From the IMG/VR virus record IMGVR_UViG_3300021400_000056, positions 30,581 to 94,580 of that record: a stretch of 64,000 bases of DNA, one strand, 5' to 3'. The stretch comes from a virus. Taxonomy: Duplodnaviria > Caudoviricetes. Positions within the stretch are counted from its first letter, which is position 1; the number at the start of each line of letters is the position of its first letter. The position numbers and the translations under genes were made by a program. Below are positions 57,601-64,000 of the stretch, one piece after another. Below the pieces are notes generated by a model. That model saw only the letters and a list, made by a program, of their open reading frames with translations, was not told the DNA's origin and did no database searches.

Positions 57601-60460
57601 AACCATCTCTAAGTGCGTAGCTATCTACATTACCTTTAGATGTTACGAAACCCTGTTTAAACTGCATGTCAATGTTCTTGACATAATATACTGATGAGCT
57701 TGTTCCCTGAACATTGATCTGGCATCCAGTAAAGGTGAACGATTTCGAAGGAAACAACGGATTCGTGTAAGATCCACTTGCTATCTTCTTATCACCTTTA
57801 TACTGAGGCAGCTCCTCACACTCAATGATCATGTAAGGCAGGTAACTAGGAAGAAGCTCTTTTGTGATTGTACCGTACTCATTATAGACATTGTTTCTCT
57901 GATATCGCTCGAGCATTATTGATCCAACAGGTGTATCAGCAATGAAGTTCTCAAGCATCTGCTGCATCGTAAGGTTATGGTCGTATACTCTAATTGTATA
58001 AATATCCACGCCACAACTATTTGACCCGATACTAATGCCAACCGGATTCGGCTGCGAGAATCTTTCACCGCTAGCATACTGAATTGCTCTTGACGCGATA
58101 CCGTTAATATAAATAAGGACTAATCGATACTCTGTCTGTTTGGAAACGGTTATTCCAAGACGAATATGCTCATTGTCCTTGTAAAGTGTTGTGGTTTCTG
58201 TCTGAGCGCCTCTAAAGGTGATCATCTGAGGTGTGATCTTAAACCCAATATTATCAGCAAAGCACGAGATAATTTCTGCAGTGTAATCCGAAACCTCTCT
58301 TGTTGAAAACTCGATTTCAAAAGTGAAACCGGTCTGTTTAATGTCTTTGCCGAAGATGTTATACGGAATTGTAAGTCTGGCATCTCCAACGGTTCTAAGA
58401 ACATCGATACCATCCGAATCTTTCTGCCAGCCATCTCGTCTAAACGCAAAATTAGTAAACTCAGAAGAAACACCATTATTCGTCCAGATTGCAGGATTCT
58501 CTTCGTTATTACTTCTGCCAAGCGCAGTAAGATGAAGTGCAAGTCCTTCAGTCTCTGGAGAAACGTTGATCTCAGACTCTGATACAACAAATGTAAACTC
58601 TTTTGACTTGCCATTTGCAGTAATCTTAAGTGTCTGATTTCCAACAGTATTCGCTCTAAACGTGTATCTTTGCTCAGTTCTATCTACAGACTGAGTGGAG
58701 ACAAGCTCGTTATTCACGTAGATCGATACGTCAGTTGAGCCACTGTTTGGTGTGTAAACTCTAAACGGAACAACAGCAGATGTGTACTGTTCTATGTTAA
58801 AATCGTTATACGACGAAATGATAATTGTTTCGTTGTTTCCGATTTCAGCAGACATGTATTCGAAATAGAGCTCGTTGGACCTTACCAGTTCATTATTAAT
58901 AGTGGTCTCAAAGTAAACCTTTAACGTATGCGCACCATGCTTCTGCGCCGGGATGTTAAACGACAACTGCTTGTTGGACACCGCTGTCTGCTGAACTCCG
59001 ACTTCGCTGCCATCGCCAATGAAGTGCACAGTTTTCTCAACAGCACCCGTAGGAACATACGGGAATAAAATATCGCCATAATACGGATTTGATGTATCGA
59101 ATGGTGAGCTTATACTTAATAGCAGAGAAGAGATAGTAAAAGCATAAGTTTTACCCTGATCGTATACATCAGAAATCCTAACTTTTACTTTATTAACACC
59201 ATTTTGAATGTATGGTGTAAGATCTACCGTAAGATTTCCCTGTGGAACCTGATACGAATTTCGTACGACTTCATTAACGGTGATTCTTACATTACCGTCT
59301 CCAGTCGGACTTTCGTTTTCGATTGAGGACCAATTAAAGTAGACTTTAACTTCGCCGCCATCGCGTATAGCAGTTGTACTCCAACCAGTAAGATTATCTG
59401 CTGTAAACTTAGCGTCGATAACTTCTCCACCGCCGCCTCCGCCACCGCTACTAGCAAGCGGAATGCCGTTCTCGCTAACAACATCACGGTATGTCGGATA
59501 CACATAATACGTATCCGGATTCTGATAAAGACCAAGATCGTTAGGATTAATCGTGACGTTATCAAGAGCTGCTTCAAGTTCGGAAACCTTTGCGTCAATA
59601 GACGAAAGCTGATTATCGGTTTCATTGCTTCGCTGCGAAAGCGCTCTTATAGCATCGCCGGCGGCTTTAGAATCAGCTGGCACTCCTGCAACAAGAAGAG
59701 TGGTATCAGTATTCTGTACAGTTGCATTATAGGCTGCGCCTTCCGTCCAACCAGATGCGGTATGATAGTACCAGTATCCAAACTTATAGTCGGCTTCGTC
59801 GCCAACGTAAACGTAAATGCGATCGCTATCGACCATATCGCTGGCAGTAGCGGCAATTAGAGGTGCACCTACGAACATTTTAGCGGTCTGCGCTGATGCT
59901 TCGGCATTTTCGGCGGCTTCAATTGCTCGATTAGTATACCACTCCACAGCATCTTCATACTGCTGCATCTGAACGAGTATGCTGTACTGTTCTGGATTGT
60001 TTATGTCTTCAACTTCAAGTCCCGGTAAAACCGTTGCTAATCCTTTAGTTGTGTTAAACTCGCGAATGATTCTTCCTGTATCGGTATCTACTTCTCTAAG
60101 GCATACAGAGAACGTAACACTTCCCGCATAAGTGAAAACACCAGCTCCAAGAAGCCATTCAAAAATTATCTCCGAATCAGACGTTGTCTTATCTTTGACA
60201 TCGTAGATCGATGAAATTCCTCCTGCATTTACATAATTAACTCTAACAGCAAACGTTGAGAGATCTACACCATCATAATATCGTGGCATTTTGAATGGAA
60301 CTGATAAAACATCCTTATCGTTGTATACGCCAAAGACATAATTACTAGGAACACGTAATGTTCTTAAATCATTGTCTATTACAACAGGAGCCCTGCCGGA
60401 CTCAACTTCAGTGCTATCTCCGGCTGCTGCCAAAGCTTCCTCTAATGCATTATCCGGCAT
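54614..60460 (-). CDS. Giant virion protein: BppU-like N-terminus, LamG-like region, CotH-kinase-like domain, LRR and C-terminal repeats
   Basis: QGTSS..Y..KN, F.LKAD..SS, GKYNFN..K, D.RAKNMF, YDADTA.G..N.G; LxxLDVRNC repeats. Confidence 0.75.
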   Translation of the reverse strand: MPDNALEEALAAAGDSTEVESGRAPVVIDNDLRTLRVPSNYVFGVYNDKDVLSVPFKMPRYYDGVDLSTFAVRVNYVNAGGISSIYDVKDKTTSDSEIIFEWLLGAGVFTYAGSVTFSVCLREVDTDTGRIIREFNTTKGLATVLPGLEVEDINNPEQYSILVQMQQYEDAVEWYTNRAIEAAENAEASAQTAKMFVGAPLIAATASDMVDSDRIYVYVGDEADYKFGYWYYHTASGWTEGAAYNATVQNTDTTLLVAGVPADSKAAGDAIRALSQRSNETDNQLSSIDAKVSELEAALDNVTINPNDLGLYQNPDTYYVYPTYRDVVSENGIPLASSGGGGGGGEVIDAKFTADNLTGWSTTAIRDGGEVKVYFNWSSIENESPTGDGNVRITVNEVVRNSYQVPQGNLTVDLTPYIQNGVNKVKVRISDVYDQGKTYAFTISSLLLSISSPFDTSNPYYGDILFPYVPTGAVEKTVHFIGDGSEVGVQQTAVSNKQLSFNIPAQKHGAHTLKVYFETTINNELVRSNELYFEYMSAEIGNNETIIISSYNDFNIEQYTSAVVPFRVYTPNSGSTDVSIYVNNELVSTQSVDRTEQRYTFRANTVGNQTLKITANGKSKEFTFVVSESEINVSPETEGLALHLTALGRSNNEENPAIWTNNGVSSEFTNFAFRRDGWQKDSDGIDVLRTVGDARLTIPYNIFGKDIKQTGFTFEIEFSTREVSDYTAEIISCFADNIGFKITPQMITFRGAQTETTTLYKDNEHIRLGITVSKQTEYRLVLIYINGIASRAIQYASGERFSQPNPVGISIGSNSCGVDIYTIRVYDHNLTMQQMLENFIADTPVGSIMLERYQRNNVYNEYGTITKELLPSYLPYMIIECEELPQYKGDKKIASGSYTNPLFPSKSFTFTGCQINVQGTSSSVYYVKNIDMQFKQGFVTSKGNVDSYALRDGSIPFNRFVLKADVASSESYNNVGLAMLFNDISPWKNDEMKANPKVRHGIEGIPIVMFWYNPTTAETKFMGKYNFNLPKRAPAPLGYHDNMQSWEWERNNSDNVKFKDDDFTSTSWDEIKQEYYPTWYDDFEARMPSDEWRDYTMLKELISWVKSTDRNQATNEALPEPVVYKLNTTITVNNYSDDTSYTVEDEVVGGESTGNKIFTFTKDTPAYRLTKFRAEFADRFEVDSAVFYYIFTEFFLMIDSRAKNMFIGFKGSPVTLEGSAIDRKAAIEIYDADTAIGTNNSGVLMFDYTLEDTDTVSGVISGDTSGSSNAPVFNAQDSVLWVNLRDSFRSEITLMYRNLRTNKEFSYKEIEARYEDHQSKWGEAVYNEDSEVKYLTPLTNPVTVDETTGELIRTDRYLTMMQGAKTEQRKWWLSNRFKYMDSKYVTGDAASSTISMRLFNSGTLTLTSAIDLYAGVSFGGGTTVSLSRTKANTPVSFTYVAPSGVTEMETWIYSADVITDVGDLSVFYPNELDFSKAIRLKNLKIGDGAAGYSNANMKVLDVRNCALLETIDVRNCPNLAMTINLENSPRVKTALFEGSAITGIELADGGDITTLHLPGTITTLTLLNLKKLTEFVVADYSNISRLMLANIDTEIVDPITILKAVKPGSQVNIEGLAFEMESTEEIEEFLDLLDTMIGVSREKSADGEWVYREYDTAQVSGTIHIATITSAKIEWYKTRYPYLEVIADNVESFLSYKTWNGESTVKTVKYINGVTSDTSPAVPARTNSPDGQYAYTPIGWNLAMDAEENDPDCIKNINTDTSVYAAYSKAIAKYTVTWRNDGTVIRTDLNVIWGSTVTWGQDMPRRSSGQVANAWDYDLTQPITHDMTINAKYLPVYTVRFYNGDTLLQTSNVIQGQDAVYTGETPTSTDGEFIRWDRDLTNVQESFDTYAFFDIVMVEPDLKYLVYTLDETNKTMTITGLNTAAIIADNLNLITIPDTIQGYHVIIG

Positions 60461-60477
60461 AATACCGCTCCTCCTAT

Positions 60478-61050
60478 TTACGAATCCAAATAATTAATTA
60501 ATTCGTTAAGCTGCAAAAGGGTGAAATGTGTAAATCCAACGTACACACCTTCTGCAACCGTAGCTCTATCGCGCAGTTCTCTTAGTCTATAAAGTACAGA
60601 CTGCGTGCTCACATCATCCACTTCGAGACCTTCAAGAACTGTTCCGGTCGCGATGGTGGAATTAAGTTCTTTTACCAATTCACCAGATGCGTTAAAACGT
60701 TTAAGACAGACACTGAACTTAATAGTTCCTGCCTTTTCAAACAAAATTCTTTTAAGCGGCCAATCAAACTTGATCACATTATCTTGCAACTCTACATTGC
60801 TGACTTCTTCTGCACTCCTAACGCCATTTGCATTCTGAATGTTAATCCTTATCTGAAAATTCTTAAGATCTATCGAATCGTAGTATCTTGGAATTTCAAA
60901 TGATAAGGTGTGAACGCTTTCATCGTTATAAACACCAAATAGAATATTGCTATTAGGTTTGAGCGTTCTAAAATCAGTGTCAAGAATAATCACATCGTCC
61001 TGATCATATGTGGCATAATCGAGAGCCGCTTCGAGATTCTCATCAGCCAT
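60478..61050 (-). CDS. BppU-like baseplate protein, paralogue of the N-terminus of 54614-60460
   Basis: FGVYND....L.F..PRYYD..DL..F..R.N shared. Confidence 0.7.
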   Translation of the reverse strand: MADENLEAALDYATYDQDDVIILDTDFRTLKPNSNILFGVYNDESVHTLSFEIPRYYDSIDLKNFQIRINIQNANGVRSAEEVSNVELQDNVIKFDWPLKRILFEKAGTIKFSVCLKRFNASGELVKELNSTIATGTVLEGLEVDDVSTQSVLYRLRELRDRATVAEGVYVGFTHFTLLQLNELINYLDS

Positions 61051-61051
61051 G

Positions 61052-61375
61052 TCACGTGTTTCCCTTCTTCTGAAGTATGACCGCTTCATTTGTAGTTAGA
61101 TAAACCGACGAACCTTTCCCAATTAGCGATACATGAATTCTAGTATCTCCTGTTACCTCATCTGGTACTTGGCACTTATCGTCAATAACTGGTTTATAAA
61201 CTACGTTATCGCCTGTCTTAAACTGAACTGCTTTCCTTAAAGGTTTCCATTCGCCAGAGAAGTTGAAGTGACATTCAAGATACCCCTTTGACCCGCTGAC
61301 GATTCCAGAAAAGTTTGACGATGGATCTTTCCTCAAACGCTGGCCTTCTACAATGAATTCTAATGTCCTCTTCAT
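61052..61375 (-). CDS. Small BppU-like/Ig-like virion protein
   Basis: L.F.V.GQ, GS.GYL...F.FS.EW, C.VP.EV. Confidence 0.65.
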   Translation of the reverse strand: MKRTLEFIVEGQRLRKDPSSNFSGIVSGSKGYLECHFNFSGEWKPLRKAVQFKTGDNVVYKPVIDDKCQVPDEVTGDTRIHVSLIGKGSSVYLTTNEAVILQKKGNT

Positions 61376-61386
61376 TTTGATTTTCC

Positions 61387-61767
61387 TTAAGAATAGTAAT
61401 ACTCCACTACTTCATCTCCTGAATCCCAAGAGTCGTAGTAGTCGCCATCGATTAGTGTTACAACATGCCCACTAGTTAACCCATCAATCCTAAGAAGATA
61501 CATTCCATATGGATGCTCATAGGCAAAGTCTTTAACCGTATAGCAGTTTAGACATTCATTTGGAATAAAGTGCTTTGTAAACCCGTTCATGACCAGAAAG
61601 TCGCCCCAAACATGATTCTTTTCTAAGTTGTCTTTCTTATAGTAAGCCATAAACGAAAGCCTGATAAAGGCTTCATCCCAGCTCATGCCCATTAATTTAG
61701 AGATGGCTCTCACAACACAATCGGTTGTGGTTCTCCTTCTTGGATTAGGATTGTAGTAGACATACAT
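61387..61767 (-). CDS. Papain-like cysteine peptidase-fold phage protein
   Basis: NPNP.....DCVVRAIS...GHVV..IDG.YYDSWDS. Confidence 0.7.
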   Translation of the reverse strand: MYVYYNPNPRRRTTTDCVVRAISKLMGMSWDEAFIRLSFMAYYKKDNLEKNHVWGDFLVMNGFTKHFIPNECLNCYTVKDFAYEHPYGMYLLRIDGLTSGHVVTLIDGDYYDSWDSGDEVVEYYYS

Positions 61768-61773
61768 AGCTAT

Positions 61774-62193
61774 TTACCTCACCGGCGGAGCAGGAATATT
61801 GGGTCGATTCTGCTGAGCCTGCATCTCATTTGTGATCTTCTGAGGAACAAGACCGTTAACAAACGCTGCAGCAGCCTTCTCATCAGTGAGAAGTTCCATG
61901 TAAAGAACGTTGTAGGCTTCGGTCTCCGAGAAAGCTTTAGAAATCTCAGGAGACTTCATGAATCTCTTACCGTCCGCACTCTTCTCACCATAAGACATTA
62001 AGATGATCTTATCGAAAAGCTCTCCAATTTTCTTGGAATCTTTCTCGTCGATAATCTTGTTAATAAGAGCTTCCATTCCACCAGCAGTATCGAACTCCAT
62101 CTTCATGAGCTCAGATTCTGAGAGATTGAACCTGAAATCTTCTTCTCTCTCATTTCCATCATAATCGGTGTACTTAATTCTTTTTACGATCAT
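61774..62193 (-). CDS. Tail assembly chaperone paralogue
   Basis: Clear similarity to 32887-33261 (YGEKSADGKRFMKS.EI..F.ETEAY). Confidence 0.75.
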   Translation of the reverse strand: MIVKRIKYTDYDGNEREEDFRFNLSESELMKMEFDTAGGMEALINKIIDEKDSKKIGELFDKIILMSYGEKSADGKRFMKSPEISKAFSETEAYNVLYMELLTDEKAAAAFVNGLVPQKITNEMQAQQNRPNIPAPPVR

Positions 62194-62217
62194 AATTGTT
62201 TGCTCCTTTGCTTTGTT

Positions 62218-62601
62218 TTATTCCTCAATCATAAATGCAAGTGTGTCCATATCAGAATCAGAGATTACAATGTCTCCGATTTCTTCGATCTTCACTTTCT
62301 TGATCTCAATTTCTGTTTCCTGCTCAAGGACCTCGGCACGGAGTTTTGCGAATTCTTCAAGGAATTCGGGTTTAACTCGTCTAAGATCCGAATCAGGGTC
62401 CTTCGTTGAATGATCATCGTCAAAGAATCTCTCGCTCACGTCATCGAGCGCTTCAGATATGACTGAATTCGCCTCTAAGAGCTTTCTGAGGTTAAGTCTC
62501 CTCTTCCAAGCTACAGAAGCCGGAAGAAGAGGCCCGATTTCGTTTGAGGTTTTAAGTTTTTCGAAAGCATTTACTATAGACACGATTTCATAGTTCTTCA
62601 T
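62218..62601 (-). CDS. Hypothetical helical protein
   Basis: AAAGGAG RBS. Confidence 0.7.
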   Translation of the reverse strand: MKNYEIVSIVNAFEKLKTSNEIGPLLPASVAWKRRLNLRKLLEANSVISEALDDVSERFFDDDHSTKDPDSDLRRVKPEFLEEFAKLRAEVLEQETEIEIKKVKIEEIGDIVISDSDMDTLAFMIEE

Positions 62602-62634
62602 GTTAGGTTTGCTCCTTTACTAGATGTTTGGTTC

Positions 62635-63138
62635 TTAGCGGCCATCGCTAGGTTGTTCTGCGTATAGTCTAGGGTTATTAGTAAAATGTTCAGGATAGTA
62701 CGAAGTTCCATTCGTTGATGTGCTTAACTCATATTCATTAGTATAGGTCCTTAAGGTAATACGTACTTCATCAGTAAAACCGTCAAATAGTATGTCATGA
62801 GAATCCAGTGTCGTCTTTTCGATAGCACCAACATGGAGTAGATTGTACGCAGTAGAATTTTCACCTAGATTTTCTGGATTTTCTTCGTCTAACCTAACAA
62901 AAATAGGAGTATTGTTATTAAACGCATCGACTATCTCTTTCGCTGAACGATTAAGGATTTTGTCATCTTTTGGTCCGTCCGCAATGCTTAGCACTAATAC
63001 ACCTGACGCTCCGGAACTACCGCTATTTCCAGCCACGTCTTCGATTTTATCAATCCATTCCTCTACGTTAGAAGCTCCTGTATTAGGATCTCCTCCGAGT
63101 TTTACATACAGTTTCTGTAATTTATCTGTAATAGCCAT
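62635..63138 (-). CDS. MAITDKLQ-module family (copy 4)
   Basis: First 86 nt identical to copy 1. Confidence 0.8.
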   Translation of the reverse strand: MAITDKLQKLYVKLGGDPNTGASNVEEWIDKIEDVAGNSGSSGASGVLVLSIADGPKDDKILNRSAKEIVDAFNNNTPIFVRLDEENPENLGENSTAYNLLHVGAIEKTTLDSHDILFDGFTDEVRITLRTYTNEYELSTSTNGTSYYPEHFTNNPRLYAEQPSDGR

Positions 63139-63153
63139 TTTGAATTGTTCTCC

Positions 63154-63963
63154 TTACTTCTTATAAACCTTAGCTGCCTCAAGAGATTTGGGTCCGAAGT
63201 TGCCGGCTGGTTTATCAGATACTTTAAGAATCTTCTGCGCTCTCTTAATTGAGGCAAGCGTCACCTTTCCGAGAATTCCATCAACAGCAATCTTATCTCC
63301 GGTAATCCAATTAACAAGCTTCTGAAGTTTCTTTACCTCATCTCCACGATCGTTAAGCTTAAAGTATCCTCTTTCTGGAATTACAGGAAATTCTCCGGAA
63401 TAGGTTTTCTTCTTCGTCTTGGTTGTGGGGACTTCTTTAGCCGGAACGGAATAGACCCACTCGACGTGGCCAATCTGTTTAGGTCTCTTTGGATCGTTTC
63501 CGATGTAAAGAATTGCATCGCCTACTTCAAGAATTTCAGGATTCATGATGTGACCATCTTTAATCTTAACCGGAACATCTTCGAAGTAGTCGTCTTCCGT
63601 GTAAATAGCAGCTGTGTTAAAAAGCCAAGGGAACGCATAACCGATCTTCTTGTAGGCCTCGATGCCTGAGGAAGAACAATCGGAATAGTATCTTCCATTC
63701 TTGTACTTCTTAAAACAGAACGCACGAAGAGGCTGGGAATAGTAGTTTCTTCCAACAATAGACTTGTAAGTGTCATGGAATTTCTTCCGTTTCGCGTCGG
63801 TAAGACCTTTAAGTCTTCTTACTGCGACTACGCCTTTTCGTACTCCGTTCTTGGCCTTGCATGCATAACGGCTTGCTGAATATGTGCAAAGGTTTTTAAT
63901 TGACGGATGCTTAGATCCATGACCCGCAATTGTAATATCTTTATCTGTAATTGTGATCGGCAT
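63154..63963 (-). CDS. Endolysin (NlpC/P60-CHAP-like peptidase plus peptidoglycan-binding domain)
   Basis: YSQ..R, DCSS, GHVE; C-terminal G.EVKKLQ.L....VDG..G..T...K..Q. Confidence 0.8.
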   Translation of the reverse strand: MPITITDKDITIAGHGSKHPSIKNLCTYSASRYACKAKNGVRKGVVAVRRLKGLTDAKRKKFHDTYKSIVGRNYYSQPLRAFCFKKYKNGRYYSDCSSSGIEAYKKIGYAFPWLFNTAAIYTEDDYFEDVPVKIKDGHIMNPEILEVGDAILYIGNDPKRPKQIGHVEWVYSVPAKEVPTTKTKKKTYSGEFPVIPERGYFKLNDRGDEVKKLQKLVNWITGDKIAVDGILGKVTLASIKRAQKILKVSDKPAGNFGPKSLEAAKVYKK

Positions 63964-64000
63964 GGTTTGGTTCTCCTTTACGTATTATCTTTAGCAACAT

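Larger units (their letters stand above)
1..64000 (-). mobile_element. Temperate siphovirus genome segment (integrase, attP, head, tail, lysis and early regions); extends beyond both window edges
   Basis: TerL, portal, capsid, major tail, tape measure, holin, endolysin and integrase are all present; no host housekeeping genes. Confidence 0.97.

Noticed and set aside
16925-63138. MAITDK repeats as an invertible shufflon
   Set aside because: All copies are direct repeats tens of kb apart and there is no adjacent invertase
1-64000. Stop-codon reassignment
   Set aside because: Core genes are full length under the standard code, and TAA, TAG and TGA are all used as stops

Overview
The whole window is one temperate long-tailed (siphovirus-type) phage genome segment with no host genes. 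The Firmicutes-style AAAGGAG ribosome-binding sites, Dp-1-type holin, CW_7 domain and class III RNR fragment point to an anaerobic Clostridia-like host. Every convincing gene except the tyrosine integrase (15469-16677, +) is on the minus strand. Read in the direction of transcription (right to left): endolysin, accessory virion and adhesin genes (BppU-like, a giant CotH-kinase-like protein, an LRR protein, a GT2 glycosyltransferase), holin and an uncharacterised cassette, a cluster of basic proteins sharing a HHG-x-x-GM-x-WG motif around TerL and portal, a protease-capsid fusion, connector and tail genes, tape measure, tail tip, an apparently intact attP, the integrase, and then about 15 kb of small early/accessory genes built from repeated motif-gene-terminator units. 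Most notable observations: (1) seven genes share a putative capsid-loading/cleavage tag and carry variable cargo, including a papain-fold toxin with a possible immunity gene; (2) four genes share a near-identical 37-aa N-terminal module with unrelated C-termini; (3) a 13-copy TCGTAA-N14-TTAAT element precedes ten mini-genes and three apparently non-coding structured RNAs; (4) a ~340-nt structured RNA candidate lies in the head region; (5) there is a stand-alone NrdD glycyl-radical domain. All family assignments come from motif recognition by eye; no database searches were run.
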